Counted from the stretch's first letter, positions 9,135-19,458 are shown. The stretch is DNA of 64,000 nt from an uncultured Bacteroidota bacterium (GCA_902796805.1 CADBQG010000007.1:61256-125255), one strand, 5' to 3'. The notes: generated by a model from the sequence alone, not told the origin. Numbers and translations: made by a program.

Positions 9135-9959
9135 ATGCCCAGGATAGCCAAATATACGGACGAGGATTTCGCCAGGTTGCGCGAGAGCGCCAACGTGGTG
9201 GCGGTCACGCTGGCGGAAGTCGCCAAGGTGATTGCACCCGGTGTGCCGCTCACATACCTCGACCAGATCGGCGAGCAGTGCATCCGCGACCATCATGCGG
9301 TGCCGGCCTGCAAGGGTTACATGGGCTATCCGGCTGCGCTCTGCCTCTCGGTCAACGACGTGGTGGTTCACGGGATACCCTATCCCGACATATACCTGCG
9401 CGACGGCGACATAGTCTCTGTCGACTGCGTGGCTAAGCTTAACGGGTATCACGGCGACTTCTGCTACACCTTCGAGGTTGGGCAGGTGGCCGAGGAGACG
9501 AAACTTCTGCTCAAGCGCACCAAGGAGGCCCTTTACAAGGCTGTGGAGGTTGCCAAGGAAGGCCACGTGTTCGCCGAGATCGGCGCCGCTGTGGAGCGGT
9601 ATGTCTCCCAGTTTGGATATTCCGTGCCCGCTGAGTTTACAGGCCACGGTATCGGAGTGGGAATGCACGAGGAACCATCCATCCCAAACTATTCGGTGAG
9701 ACAGTTCAACAACCTTTCAAGGACAAGGATCGAGAAGGGCATGTCGTTCTGCATCGAGCCGATGGTGAAGATAGGGAAGGGACAAAACGGCAGCAAGTTC
9801 AGGAGTCGTTTCGACAACGACGAATGGACGGCGCGGACTCCCGACGGGAACCCGGCGGCTCATTTCGAGCATCAGTTGATCGTAACCGACAAAGGCACAG
9901 AGGTCATATCATCCTACAAGCTGTTGGGTGAAGTGATTGGAACGGAAGAATTGTACTAA
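9135..9959 (+). CDS. map: Type I methionine aminopeptidase
   Basis: Motifs VVHGIP, DIVSVD and HEEPSIPNY. Sits between secY and infA. Confidence 0.95.
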   Translation: MPRIAKYTDEDFARLRESANVVAVTLAEVAKVIAPGVPLTYLDQIGEQCIRDHHAVPACKGYMGYPAALCLSVNDVVVHGIPYPDIYLRDGDIVSVDCVAKLNGYHGDFCYTFEVGQVAEETKLLLKRTKEALYKAVEVAKEGHVFAEIGAAVERYVSQFGYSVPAEFTGHGIGVGMHEEPSIPNYSVRQFNNLSRTRIEKGMSFCIEPMVKIGKGQNGSKFRSRFDNDEWTARTPDGNPAAHFEHQLIVTDKGTEVISSYKLLGEVIGTEELY

Positions 9960-9970
9960 AATAAAGCAAT

Positions 9971-10192
9971 ATGGCAAAACAATCATCAGTTGACATCGAC
10001 GGGGAAGTGATAGAGGCTTTGGGCAACGGGCAGTACCGTGTTAGACTCGAGAGCGGTCATGAGATCCTCGCTCACCTGTCGGGCAAAATGAGAATGCACT
10101 ACATCAAGATCATACCCGGCGACAGGGTGCAGGTGGCAATGTCTCCCTACGACCTGACAAAGGGAAGGATTACATACAGGCACAAGAATTAA
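9971..10192 (+). CDS. infA: Translation initiation factor IF-1
   Basis: [53 protein letters not shown]. Confidence 0.97.
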   Translation: MAKQSSVDIDGEVIEALGNGQYRVRLESGHEILAHLSGKMRMHYIKIIPGDRVQVAMSPYDLTKGRITYRHKN

Positions 10193-10227
10193 AACCAAGA
10201 AAGAATAACAATCAAAAGCAAATAAAA

Positions 10228-10344
10228 ATGAAAGTAAGAGCATCTGTAAAGAAGAGATCGGAAGATTGCATTGTGGTTAGGCGCCGCGGTGTGGTTTATG
10301 TGATAAACAAGAAAAACCCCAAGTTCAAGCAACGCCAGGGATAA
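10228..10344 (+). CDS. rpmJ: 50S ribosomal protein L36
   Basis: 38-aa ORF translated by hand: [38 protein letters not shown]. Confidence 0.95.
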   Translation: MKVRASVKKRSEDCIVVRRRGVVYVINKKNPKFKQRQG

Positions 10345-10384
10345 TTTCAGAACAAATAAAATAAATAACAAAAGATAAAGTAAT

Positions 10385-10759
10385 ATGGCAAGAATTGCAG
10401 GTATTGATTTACCTAAGAACAAACACGGTGAGATCGGCTTGACCTACATCTACGGAATCGGAAGGAGTACTGCCCAGAAGATTCTCACAAAGGCCGGCAT
10501 AAGCTGGAGTAAGAAGGTAAATGAATGGAACGACGACGAATTGGCCTTGATTCGTGGATTGGTGAATGAGTTGAAGGTTGAAGGCCCCCTCAGATCTGAG
10601 GAACAGATGAACATTAAGCGCTTGATGGATATTGGCTGCTACAGGGGCATCCGCCACCGTCTCGGCCTGCCTGTGCGCGGCCAGAGCACGAAGAACAACT
10701 CCCGCACGCGCAAGGGACGCAAGAAGACAGTTGCCAACAAGAAGAAGGCGACCAAGTAA
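10385..10759 (+). CDS. rpsM: 30S ribosomal protein S13
   Basis: [26 protein letters not shown]. Confidence 0.97.
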   Translation: MARIAGIDLPKNKHGEIGLTYIYGIGRSTAQKILTKAGISWSKKVNEWNDDELALIRGLVNELKVEGPLRSEEQMNIKRLMDIGCYRGIRHRLGLPVRGQSTKNNSRTRKGRKKTVANKKKATK

Positions 10760-10788
10760 TTAAATAACCATAAGAAGTAAAGAGCAAT

Positions 10789-11178
10789 ATGGCAAAAAAT
10801 ACAAAATCAACGAAAAAGAGAGTTGTTAGGATAGAGGCCTCGGGCAAGGCTTTCATCTACGCTTCGTTCAACAACGTTATAGTTTCCCTGACGAACAACG
10901 ACGGACAGGTTATATCATGGTCGTCGGCGGGCAAGATGGGATACAGAGGCTCCAAGAAGAACACCCCATACGCGGCACAGATGGTGGCGCAGGACTGCGC
11001 GAAGGTTGCCTACGACCTCGGTCTGCGCAGGGTGAAGGTTTATGTGAAAGGTCCCGGACAAGGACGCGAGTCGGCGATACGCTCGATCAACACCACAGGC
11101 ATCATCGTGGAGGAGATCACAGACGTTACCCCGTTGCCGCACAACGGCTGCCGTCCTCCAAAACACAGAAGAGTATAA
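10789..11178 (+). CDS. rpsK: 30S ribosomal protein S11
   Basis: ...[24 protein letters not shown]...TPYAAQ. Confidence 0.97.
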   Translation: MAKNTKSTKKRVVRIEASGKAFIYASFNNVIVSLTNNDGQVISWSSAGKMGYRGSKKNTPYAAQMVAQDCAKVAYDLGLRRVKVYVKGPGQGRESAIRSINTTGIIVEEITDVTPLPHNGCRPPKHRRV

Positions 11179-11213
11179 TTCATCCAAGTTTCAACATATA
11201 AAAAGCAAATATT

Positions 11214-11819
11214 ATGGCAAGATATACCGGACCAAAGACCAAAATCGCAAGAAAGTTCAAGGAGCCCATCTTCGGGCCCGACAAATACCTTGAAAGGAAG
11301 AACTACGCTCCCGGCCAGCATGGGCAGTCGCGCCGCCGCACAAAACTCTCCGAGTACGGAATGCAGCTCCAGGAGAAGCAGAAGGCAAAGTACACCTACG
11401 GCATCCTCGAGCGCCAGTTCCGCAAGCTGTTCCACATGGCTTCCCGCAAGAAGGGCATGACAGGCCAGAACCTCATGCAGCTCATCGAGTCGCGCCTCGA
11501 CAACGTGGTGTTCCGCCTCGGCATCGCTCCGTCGCGCGCAGCAGCCCGCCAGCTCGTGTCGCACCGCCACATCAGCGTGAACGGCCAGATCACCAACATA
11601 CCGTCGTTCCTGCTCCGCCCCGGCGACATCGTGGAGGTGCGCGAACGCTCCAAGACCCTCGAGGTGATTGAGAACTCGCTCAGCGGCAAGGCCATGAACT
11701 ATGGCTGGCTCGAGTGGGACGGAGGCCTCAAGGTGGGCAAGTTCATGCAGTACCCGCAAAGAGAGGAGATACCCGAGACCATCAACGAGCAGGCAATAGT
11801 CGAGTTGTACTCCAAGTAA
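11214..11819 (+). CDS. rpsD: 30S ribosomal protein S4
   Basis: [21 protein letters not shown]... with S4 RNA-binding domain. Confidence 0.97.
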   Translation: MARYTGPKTKIARKFKEPIFGPDKYLERKNYAPGQHGQSRRRTKLSEYGMQLQEKQKAKYTYGILERQFRKLFHMASRKKGMTGQNLMQLIESRLDNVVFRLGIAPSRAAARQLVSHRHISVNGQITNIPSFLLRPGDIVEVRERSKTLEVIENSLSGKAMNYGWLEWDGGLKVGKFMQYPQREEIPETINEQAIVELYSK

Positions 11820-11880
11820 TAATCAGTGATTGACGATTGGTGTTTGGTGATTCGAGAATAGTTGGAATAAGAATTTTCAG

Positions 11881-11929
11881 TTCACAGTTCACAATTCACA
11901 AATCACAATTCTCAATTCACAATTCACAA
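11881..11929 (+). repeat. Seven tandem heptads, consensus TTCACAA, in the rpsD-rpoA spacer
   Basis: ttcacag ttcacaa ttcacaa atcacaa ttctcaa ttcacaa ttcacaa. The array ends 17 nt before the rpoA ATG. The upstream half of the spacer (11823-11875) carries the complementary GTGATT-type motif. Confidence 0.85.
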
Positions 11930-11946
11930 AACCAAAAAAGAAGAAA

Positions 11947-12942
11947 ATGGCAATTTTAACATTTCAAAAACCCGATAAAGTCATAATGAACGAGGCCGAC
12001 GATTTTCACGGCTTGTTTGAATTTCGTCCTCTGCAGCAGGGTTTCGGCGTTACCGTCGGCAACGCACTTCGCCGCGTGCTGCTCTCTTCATTGGAAGGCT
12101 ATGCCATCACATCCTTGAAAATCGAGGGCGTGTCGCAGGAATTCTCGTCAATTCCCGGAGTCATGGAGGATGTCATTGATATCGTCCTCAACCTCAAGCA
12201 GGTGCGCCTAAAGAACAAGGTTGAAGGCACCATGTCCGAGAAGGTCAACATCGTCATCAGCGGCCAGGACACTTTCCACGCCGGCGACATGAACCGTTAT
12301 CTCAACTATTTCCAGGTGCTCAACCCCGATCTGCTCATCTGCCGAATGGAGCCTAACGTCACCCTGAACATGGAGATCACCATCGACAAGGGCAGGGGCT
12401 ACGTTCCGGTGGAGGACAACCGCCAGCTCCACGACGGCATCGATGTCATTGCCATCGACTCTACACACACGCCGATACGCAATGTTAAATACACCATTGA
12501 GCCCTACCGCGTTGAGCAAAAGACCGACTTTGAGAAGCTTGTGCTTGAGATAGAGACCGACGGCTCCATCCATCCCAAGGATGCTATCCAGGAGGCGGCC
12601 AAGATACTTATCCAGCACTTCATCCTTCTTTCAGACGAGAACATTGCCCTCGACTCGGCAGAGCAGTCATCTTCTACAGAGACCCTCGACGACAACGAGA
12701 AGAACATACGCCAGGTGCTTCAGGCAAAGCTCATCGACATGGATCTTTCGGTGCGCGCGCTCAACTGCCTCAAGTCGGCAGAGCTCGAGACCCTCGGCGA
12801 TCTCGTGGCATTCCACAAGGCAGACCTTCTCAAATTCCGCAATTTCGGAAAGAAGTCGCTCGCTGAGCTCGAAGAGCTTGTGCGCAGCAAGGGCCTGGAA
12901 TTTGGCATGAACGTTCAAAAGTATAATATAGATAACGAATAA
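11947..12942 (+). CDS. rpoA: DNA-directed RNA polymerase subunit alpha
   Basis: N-terminal and C-terminal (..[21 protein letters not shown]..) domain signatures, synteny. Confidence 0.97.
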   Translation: MAILTFQKPDKVIMNEADDFHGLFEFRPLQQGFGVTVGNALRRVLLSSLEGYAITSLKIEGVSQEFSSIPGVMEDVIDIVLNLKQVRLKNKVEGTMSEKVNIVISGQDTFHAGDMNRYLNYFQVLNPDLLICRMEPNVTLNMEITIDKGRGYVPVEDNRQLHDGIDVIAIDSTHTPIRNVKYTIEPYRVEQKTDFEKLVLEIETDGSIHPKDAIQEAAKILIQHFILLSDENIALDSAEQSSSTETLDDNEKNIRQVLQAKLIDMDLSVRALNCLKSAELETLGDLVAFHKADLLKFRNFGKKSLAELEELVRSKGLEFGMNVQKYNIDNE

Positions 12943-12944
12943 AT

Positions 12945-13439
12945 ATGAGACACGCTAAAAAAATCAACCATTTGGGCAGGACTGATGCCCACAGGAAGGC
13001 CATGTTGTCGAACATGGCGATTTCCCTGATAATGCACAAGAGGATCAGCACCACCTTGGCAAAGGCCAAGGCGCTGAGGACTTATGTTGAACCCATAGTT
13101 ACAAGGTCGAAGAACGACACAACGCACTCGCGCCGTGTTGTCTTCTCGCAGCTTCACAACAAATATGCCGTTACTGAGTTGTTCAGGGAAATCTCTCCCA
13201 AGATTGCCGACAGACCCGGCGGATACACCAGGATTCTCAAGACCGGTTTCCGCAAGGGCGACAACGCAGAGATGTGCATCATCGAGTTTGTGGACTACAA
13301 CGAGACTTACACCGTTGAGAAGACCAAGAAAAAGTCGACACGCACCCGCCGCAGCGCAAAGAAAGCCGCTCCGGTGGAGAACGTGGCTCCGGAAACTGAA
13401 GCTCCGGTTGCAGAGACAGAAACTCCTGCTGCAGAATAG
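12945..13439 (+). CDS. rplQ: 50S ribosomal protein L17
   Basis: [45 protein letters not shown]. Confidence 0.97.
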   Translation: MRHAKKINHLGRTDAHRKAMLSNMAISLIMHKRISTTLAKAKALRTYVEPIVTRSKNDTTHSRRVVFSQLHNKYAVTELFREISPKIADRPGGYTRILKTGFRKGDNAEMCIIEFVDYNETYTVEKTKKKSTRTRRSAKKAAPVENVAPETEAPVAETETPAAE

Positions 13440-13469
13440 TTTTGCAGCTTCGATACTGAAAATAAAGAA

Positions 13470-13498
13470 GGCGAGTCGTGTGAGACCCGCCTTTTTTG
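13470..13498 (+). terminator. Rho-independent terminator after rplQ
   Basis: GGCGAGTC-gtgt-GAGACCCGCC hairpin (one mismatch) followed by TTTTTTG. Confidence 0.7.
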
Positions 13499-13525
13499 TT
13501 GACTCTGCCTTTATGAGACGGCAGT

Positions 13526-14410
13526 TTACAACCGCATGTCCTTGTGTGTCCTCCACATGAACACCATCCCCATAGCGGTTATGAGCAGGCAGCCCAAGGC
13601 GAGCGGCACGGCGCCGCGCACGTCGGTGTAGTTCAGCGACTCTGTGTTGATGCCGCGCCCCTGCAAGGTGTAGTCGGTCAAAAGCATAAGGGCGTTGTGC
13701 AGGATGTGCGCCAGTATGGGCAGCCAAAGCGACTTGCTCCAGTACAGCAGGTAGGCCATGTACAATCCCAACAGCAGTCTCGGGATGAATCCATAGAACT
13801 GGAAGTGTATGGTGCTGAATATGAATGCGGTGAGGAAAATCCCAATGTGTGGGTTCTTGGTCCAGCGCATGAGCAGCGGCTGCAGAGCCCCCTGGAACAA
13901 GAACTCCTCGCAAACGCCCGGAAGCACCGCAAGGACAAGCAGGTTAGCCACAAGCGACCAGGTATCGCGCTGGCTTGTCAGCGTTGAAAGAATCTTTGCC
14001 GCGTTATCCTCGGTGTTGCGCATCCACTCCGCCACGGCCCCGTGCTGCGGCATTATGCTCTCGTTGAACGACGCGGTGAGTCCAACAACAGGTAAGATGG
14101 ATATGGAGAGTATGAGCACAATGTTGACGAATGACTGGTGCGGACGCCTGTCGGCGTAGTTGTAGCTGAACCACCGTCTGTCGTGCATGTAGGCGAACAG
14201 CAGGCTCGGCAGCAGGTATGTGCCGATGGAGACAATTGTCTGAGTTATCCTCACGGCCGTTGCCGGGTCGGAAGCCTCGAGAACGGACGGCGTGCCGTAC
14301 AGCAGCGTTACAACCAGCCCTCCAAGCGAAGATGAAAGTATCAGTCCACCAATTGAGAGCAAGATGAGAACCAATAGCTGAATCCAGTATTTTTTTTCCC
14401 TGAGAACCAT
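13526..14410 (-). CDS. CPBP (CAAX/Abi) family intramembrane metalloprotease
   Basis: Motifs EEFLFQGAL, FSTIHF and HILHNAL in a multi-TM protein. Start set at MVLREKK (14410) because a perfect -7 box lies inside the longer ORF 13526..14467. Confidence 0.75.
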   Translation of the reverse strand: MVLREKKYWIQLLVLILLSIGGLILSSSLGGLVVTLLYGTPSVLEASDPATAVRITQTIVSIGTYLLPSLLFAYMHDRRWFSYNYADRRPHQSFVNIVLILSISILPVVGLTASFNESIMPQHGAVAEWMRNTEDNAAKILSTLTSQRDTWSLVANLLVLAVLPGVCEEFLFQGALQPLLMRWTKNPHIGIFLTAFIFSTIHFQFYGFIPRLLLGLYMAYLLYWSKSLWLPILAHILHNALMLLTDYTLQGRGINTESLNYTDVRGAVPLALGCLLITAMGMVFMWRTHKDMRL

Positions 14411-14436
14411 GATTTTTTGCTTGTTGAAAACAGCTG

Positions 14437-14444
14437 CAAAGATA
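14437..14444 (-). promoter_or_regulatory. Bacteroidota -7 promoter box (TATCTTTG on minus strand)
   Basis: caaagata on the plus strand, 27 nt upstream of the ATG at 14410. Confidence 0.45.
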
Positions 14445-14521
14445 TTCATTTTCCGCATTTGCGACAAAGATGCAAAAAAAGCGCGGCTTCAATTTTTTTG
14501 CCGACCAAAATATATTTTTTG

Positions 14522-14529
14522 TAGATTTG
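14522..14529 (+). promoter_or_regulatory. Bacteroidota -7 promoter box (TAGATTTG)
   Basis: TAnnTTTG 26 nt upstream of the ATG at 14555. Confidence 0.4.
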
Positions 14530-14554
14530 CGCCAAATTAAAAACACGAGACATT

Positions 14555-14962
14555 ATGAATTACAAGATTGTTGATGTAGAAGGTATTGGCGAAGTATATT
14601 CAGCCAAACTTATTGAAGCAGGTATCAACACTGTTGAGGATCTCCTCGAAAACTGCAAGAAGAAGGCTGGCCGTGCGGCCTTGGCCGAGAAGACCGGTAT
14701 CTCGGAGAAGCTGATACTCACCTGGACAAACCACGCCGACCTCATGAGAATCAACGGCGTTGGACCGCAGTTCTCAGAACTTCTTGAAGCCGCGGGCGTC
14801 GACACGGTGAAGGAGTTCCGCCACCGCGTGGCCGAGAACCTTTTTGCAAAGATGACTGAAATCAACGAGGAGAAGCATCTCGTGGGTCGTGTGCCCACCG
14901 CCGAAGAACTTCAGAAGATGATCGACCAGGCCAAGGAACTCGAGGCCGTGATGGAATACTAA
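14555..14962 (+). CDS. DUF4332 (helix-hairpin-helix) domain protein
   Basis: MNYKIVDVEGIGEVYSAKLIEAGINTVEDLL... and a second HhH repeat INGVGPQFSELLEAAGVDTVKEF. Confidence 0.7.
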   Translation: MNYKIVDVEGIGEVYSAKLIEAGINTVEDLLENCKKKAGRAALAEKTGISEKLILTWTNHADLMRINGVGPQFSELLEAAGVDTVKEFRHRVAENLFAKMTEINEEKHLVGRVPTAEELQKMIDQAKELEAVMEY

Positions 14963-14974
14963 CAATTGTTTTTT

Positions 14975-15005
14975 TTGGCAGAATACGCAAATCGCATTCT
15001 GCCAA
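14975..15005. terminator. Hairpin, possible terminator
   Basis: TTGGCAGAAT...ATTCTGCCAA inverted repeat flanked by T8 upstream and AAAATTTT downstream. The 3' U-tract is weak. Confidence 0.35.
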
Positions 15006-15030
15006 AATTTTAAATCATCAATAATACTTT

Positions 15031-15705
15031 ATGGACGAAAATTTGTGTAATCTTCTGATTACTAAGGGAGAATTAAAGCAAAGCATATTCTCTGTAACGT
15101 TGGAGACAATGCGCCTCTTCAAGGAGAGCGCAAAAAGTTTCGAGGAATATTACCGCGACAACTACGCGGAGGAGCACGAGAACATACCCGTTCTATTCAC
15201 GAACAAGAACCAGTATCAGTTTGTGCTGAAATTCGGCGGCGACGTGCTTATCTTCCTCATGCACACCAACATCTTCGAGTTCTCGCGCGACCATGAGGTG
15301 ATGCGCACGCCGTACATAAAGGAGGACAAGACCCGCTCATACTGCGGCATGATACAGATCTTCAACTTCCTCGGCGACTCGATAAAGTACGACCGTGTAA
15401 ACGACCTCGGCTACATGATAGGGCGTATCTTCATCAACAAGGAAGGCCACTATTACATAGAGGGGAAGCGCGAACTTGCACAGGTAATCAACAATTTCAG
15501 CAGCAACGAGATTTCGCAGGACGCCGTCTCCGAAATCCTCAATTCTGCAATTCGTTACACGCTGAATTTCGACCTTCTGGTTCCGGATTACGACGACATG
15601 AAGATCATAACCGTAAACGACATACTGCAACTTGAAGAGCAAACCAACCTATTGAGAACTGGTAAACGTCTGGGATTCAGGTTTGAACAAGACAAGAACG
15701 CCTGA
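15031..15705 (+). CDS. Hypothetical protein (224 aa, no recognisable domain)
   Basis: Clean ORF with coding-like composition. No family recognised by eye. Confidence 0.5.
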   Translation: MDENLCNLLITKGELKQSIFSVTLETMRLFKESAKSFEEYYRDNYAEEHENIPVLFTNKNQYQFVLKFGGDVLIFLMHTNIFEFSRDHEVMRTPYIKEDKTRSYCGMIQIFNFLGDSIKYDRVNDLGYMIGRIFINKEGHYYIEGKRELAQVINNFSSNEISQDAVSEILNSAIRYTLNFDLLVPDYDDMKIITVNDILQLEEQTNLLRTGKRLGFRFEQDKNA

Positions 15706-15750
15706 TGGAATATTTTTTTCGGGAGTTGTTGTTTCATATTGAAAAAAGTG

Positions 15751-15758
15751 TATCTTTG
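15751..15758 (+). promoter_or_regulatory. Bacteroidota -7 promoter box (TATCTTTG)
   Basis: 22 nt upstream of tRNA-Glu. Confidence 0.5.
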
Positions 15759-15780
15759 CACCGTCATTCTGACGATTGAT

Positions 15781-15855
15781 GCCGAGTTCGTCTAGTCGGC
15801 CTAGGACGCAAGGTTTTCATCCTTGAAATCAGGGGTTCGAATCCCCTACTCGGTA
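15781..15855 (+). tRNA. tRNA-Glu (anticodon TTC)
   Basis: Cloverleaf folded by hand: anticodon stem CAAGG/CCTTG, loop TTTTCAT, T-arm AGGGG-TTCGAAT-CCCCT. The acceptor stem has a G1.U72 wobble. Confidence 0.85.
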
Positions 15856-15863
15856 CAGGAAAA

Positions 15864-15888
15864 GCAACCTAATATGGGTTGTTTTTTG
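15864..15888 (+). terminator. Rho-independent terminator after tRNA-Glu
   Basis: GCAACC-taatat-GGGTTG hairpin followed by TTTTTTG. Confidence 0.6.
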
Positions 15889-15936
15889 TTTTAAATCAAG
15901 GCAATGTTTTTTTTAGTATCTTCGTGCTTTGTTACA

Positions 15937-18381
15937 ATGATGCGGAAAACCAGAAAAATATGCCGGCTGATTCCAGCAATTCTGTTCTTTGCTGTGTTTC
16001 ACCTGTCTCTTGCGCAGAACATAACTGTGAGCGGACATCTGTATGAAAAAGGCAGCAGGGAATCCCTGCCCGGAGGATTAGTTTACGAGCCATCGTCGCA
16101 GATGGCCGCAACAACCAACACCTACGGATTTTACACATTGACTTTGCCGTATCACGACAGTCTTTTCGTGGTCTTCAACAGTTTCGGTTTCGTGAACGAC
16201 ACATTGTGGGTGAAGGCTCCGCATGACATTGAACACGATGCCTTTCTTTCGAAAATCAACACTTTGCAGACGGTGAGCATCACGGCAGAGAAGCAGAACA
16301 CCGAACAGGTGCAGATGAGCTCGGTGAAATTGTCGGTCAAGGACATAAAAAATGTTCCCATGCTATTCGGTGAGAAGGATGTTTTCAAGACGTTGCTTCT
16401 GCTGCCTGGAGTTCAATCGGCCTCCGAGGGCACCTCCGGCATATATGTCAGAGGAGGCGGCCCGGATCAGAACATAATACTTTTAGACGAGGCCACGATA
16501 TACAACGCCTCGCATCTCCTCGGCTTTTTCTCAATCTTCAACGGCGACGCCATAAAGTCGGTGGAACTCATAAAAGGCGGCTTTCCGGCACGCTACGGGG
16601 GAAGGCTTTCGTCGGTTGTTGACATCACCATGAAAGACGGCAACAGGGAGGATTTTCACGTTGAGGGCGGAGTGGGAATTATCTCGTCGAACGTCATGGT
16701 AGAGGGCCCTGTTGTAAAGGACAAGGCCTCCTTCATGCTGTCGGGACGCACAACTTACCTCGACATTTTCATGGTGCCCATAATGAAGTTGGTGAACGAC
16801 GGACTCGGCGCGGGATACTACTTCTTCGACCTGAATGCGAAGATGAACTTCGACTTCGGCAGAAAGGACAAGTTGTACATAAGCTCCTATTTCGGCCGCG
16901 ACAAGTTCCATATTTCCGAATCCATCAGGAATGACGGCATCGTGATGTCCGACAAGTACAAGGCCGGGCTTTTCTGGCAGAACGCCACAGCCACCGCACG
17001 TTGGAACCACGTGTTCTCAAACAAGATATTCTCCAACATGTCGTTCGTGTTCAGCGACTACGAAATGAACAACTATGTGAAATACAAATTCTATTACGGG
17101 CCGGGCGACAATGAGAGTCTGAGCTCCGACTTTAATTCTGGAATAAGGGACTACACGTTGAAGTACGACGTGTCGTTCCATCCGAACGCAACCCACCGGA
17201 TTATGGCTGGCGCGGCCGTCACGTACCATGAGTCGAGGCCTAACGCCATGGTGCTGAAAGCCGACACATTCACCTCGAGAAGCTCATCTAAAGAGCCAGG
17301 GGTTGAGTATGCTGTCTATGTGGAGGACGAAATCAACATTCGCAACAAGTTCCGCATAAACCCGGGAATCCGCATTGTGGGATTCTCCGTTCCGCATAAG
17401 ACATGGTTCTCTCCGGAACCGCGTCTCTCAATGAGTTACAATTTCCTCCCCAACCTGGCATTCAAAGCCTCGTATGCGATGATGAGCCAGAGTATGATAT
17501 TGCTAAGTACCAGCACGATAGGTCTCCCGACAGACCTTTGGGTGCCTGTTACCGACAATATAAGGCCGCAAAGGTCGCAGCAAGTCGCGCTCGGCCTTCA
17601 CTATGACCTCCGCAAGCCGCGCCTTTCTTTCTCAATCGAGGGCTATTACAAGAGAATGGACAACATACTGGCCTACAAGGAGGGGGCGTCGTATTTTGCG
17701 GAGATGCTTGAGGCTGCAATGGACGAGTCGATCTATTCCAGCATCCCGCCAAAATGGGCTGACAACGTTACATCTGGAAGAGGGTGGTCGTATGGCGTCG
17801 AGCTCCTCGTGCGGAAGGAGGTCGGAAAGTTCACTGGATGGGTGGGCTACACACTGTCGTGGACCAAGCAGCAGTTCGACGACCTCAACTTCGGGAAGCC
17901 TTTCTTCGCCCGCTACGACCGCCGCCACGACGTATCCATTGTGCTCATGTACAGTCCCACTCCCAAAATCAACCTCTCGCTGTCGTGGGTGTTCGCGACC
18001 GGCAACGCCGTTACCCTGCCCACTTCACTCTACGTTGCCGACGATCTCAACTCTTCACTCTCAACAACACTTCCTGACGGGGAACAGCACACCTATGGTC
18101 TCTTCTACATCGAGAATTACGGCGAGAAAAACAATTTCCGCATGAAACCGTTCCATCATCTCGACTTCGGGGTGCAGTTCATCAAACCCCACAAGAAGAA
18201 GGGCCAAAGCATATTCGAGGTGAGCGTCTACAACATCTACAACCACCACAACCCTTTCTTTTACTTCACCGACCAGGGAATATATCACAACCCCGACGGA
18301 ACATTCAAGACCGTCAACAAACTCATGCAGGTGAGCATATTCCCGATAATACCAACGTTTGCGTATCATTTCAAGTTTTAG
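15937..18381 (+). CDS. TonB-dependent receptor with N-terminal carboxypeptidase-regulatory-like domain
   Basis: Signal peptide, CarbopepD_reg-like N-domain (ITVSGHLYEKGSRESLPG), plug motifs (IYVRGGGPDQNIILLDEATIYN), C-terminal beta-barrel ending in F. Confidence 0.88.
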   Translation: MMRKTRKICRLIPAILFFAVFHLSLAQNITVSGHLYEKGSRESLPGGLVYEPSSQMAATTNTYGFYTLTLPYHDSLFVVFNSFGFVNDTLWVKAPHDIEHDAFLSKINTLQTVSITAEKQNTEQVQMSSVKLSVKDIKNVPMLFGEKDVFKTLLLLPGVQSASEGTSGIYVRGGGPDQNIILLDEATIYNASHLLGFFSIFNGDAIKSVELIKGGFPARYGGRLSSVVDITMKDGNREDFHVEGGVGIISSNVMVEGPVVKDKASFMLSGRTTYLDIFMVPIMKLVNDGLGAGYYFFDLNAKMNFDFGRKDKLYISSYFGRDKFHISESIRNDGIVMSDKYKAGLFWQNATATARWNHVFSNKIFSNMSFVFSDYEMNNYVKYKFYYGPGDNESLSSDFNSGIRDYTLKYDVSFHPNATHRIMAGAAVTYHESRPNAMVLKADTFTSRSSSKEPGVEYAVYVEDEINIRNKFRINPGIRIVGFSVPHKTWFSPEPRLSMSYNFLPNLAFKASYAMMSQSMILLSTSTIGLPTDLWVPVTDNIRPQRSQQVALGLHYDLRKPRLSFSIEGYYKRMDNILAYKEGASYFAEMLEAAMDESIYSSIPPKWADNVTSGRGWSYGVELLVRKEVGKFTGWVGYTLSWTKQQFDDLNFGKPFFARYDRRHDVSIVLMYSPTPKINLSLSWVFATGNAVTLPTSLYVADDLNSSLSTTLPDGEQHTYGLFYIENYGEKNNFRMKPFHHLDFGVQFIKPHKKKGQSIFEVSVYNIYNHHNPFFYFTDQGIYHNPDGTFKTVNKLMQVSIFPIIPTFAYHFKF

Positions 18382-18458
18382 TTAACGGAGTCCGGAGATT
18401 CAGGAATTAAAATGTAATGAACGGAGTAAGGAAAAAAATAAAGACAATTAATATCGAT

Positions 18459-19391
18459 ATGGAAAATAATGCCCTGCAAGCACTGCCTTTTTTCATTGTT
18501 TTGGCGATGTTTCTCCCGTCGTGTGTCGACGAAGTTGATTTGCACAATGATTACAACGAGTTGCCGAAACTGGTGCTGTATGCCAGGTTATGCCCGCAAA
18601 TTGATTCGACGTACATTTTGCTGTCGAGCACGCAGCTGCTTTATTCGAGCGGCAGTTCAGAGAGCGTTGCGAATATAAGCGGCGGCAATGTGGAGATTTC
18701 AGCCGATGCCATGCTATGGGTGAAGGCCGCGTACGACAGCACAAAGGGCAGATACTTGGTTACTCAGGCGGAGTTGCCGGTGGTTGAGGGCGGCACATAC
18801 TACATCAGGGCTTCATACGACGGATATGACGACGTGAGAGCGATGTGCACCGTTCCGTATTCCCGCGATGTGGATTTCCGCATTGACACGGTGGATGCGG
18901 TCAACGACATCCACTGGGGCGAGATATACAACTGGCCTCACCGCGACGTGTATGTGCAGTGGCGCGATGTTCCCGGCGAAACCAACGCATACGGCATCAA
19001 GCAGTTCACCCAGAACCAGGTCAATTCTTATTTTCCCGGCGGCGTGGAGGTGTCGTACTATTGGGCCTACAACACCGTGTGGCTCAAGGACCAGAACACA
19101 GACTATCAATATGTGTCAGATGAAGGAATGGACGGCGGTCTGTTCCGCTATGTGATATACGAGGATTTTTATGAGGATGAAGGCAGGCAAACCGCGGTAC
19201 GCGCCAGGCCATCCACGTATTACCTCATTTTTCTCGACAGGCCGTGCTACCGCTATGAAATGTCGTTGAATGACAACGAATACGATCTCGGGTTCCTTAT
19301 GCTGGAGCCAGCACACGCCTACACCAACGTAGAAGGCGGTTTCGGATTGTTCGGCGCGTTCAGCATGATGCCAGTGCATGTAGTGCAGTAG
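18459..19391 (+). CDS. DUF4249 family lipoprotein
   Basis: Lipobox FLPSC. Size and position directly downstream of a CarbopepD-type TonB-dependent receptor, the usual pairing. C-terminal GGFGLFGA motif. Confidence 0.65.
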   Translation: MENNALQALPFFIVLAMFLPSCVDEVDLHNDYNELPKLVLYARLCPQIDSTYILLSSTQLLYSSGSSESVANISGGNVEISADAMLWVKAAYDSTKGRYLVTQAELPVVEGGTYYIRASYDGYDDVRAMCTVPYSRDVDFRIDTVDAVNDIHWGEIYNWPHRDVYVQWRDVPGETNAYGIKQFTQNQVNSYFPGGVEVSYYWAYNTVWLKDQNTDYQYVSDEGMDGGLFRYVIYEDFYEDEGRQTAVRARPSTYYLIFLDRPCYRYEMSLNDNEYDLGFLMLEPAHAYTNVEGGFGLFGAFSMMPVHVVQ

Positions 19392-19423
19392 AATTCGAGT
19401 CACCGTCGTGTCAGCGCAAATGC

Positions 19424-19431
19424 TATCTTTG
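19424..19431 (+). promoter_or_regulatory. Bacteroidota -7 promoter box (TATCTTTG)
   Basis: Lies inside the 5' extension of ORF 19408..20667, which forces the start to the ATG at 19459. Confidence 0.45.
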
Positions 19432-19458
19432 CAGTCTCTTTCTAAAATAATATCTTGT

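Noticed and set aside
11040-11759. 239-aa ORF antisense to rpsK and rpsD
   Set aside because: It overlaps universally conserved ribosomal protein genes on the opposite strand and is a GC-driven open frame.
12915-13913. 332-aa minus-strand ORF spanning rplQ (antisense) and part of the CPBP protease gene (alternative frame)
   Set aside because: It crosses a terminator and two well-supported genes. Its composition is Ala/Arg/His-rich and no domain is recognisable.
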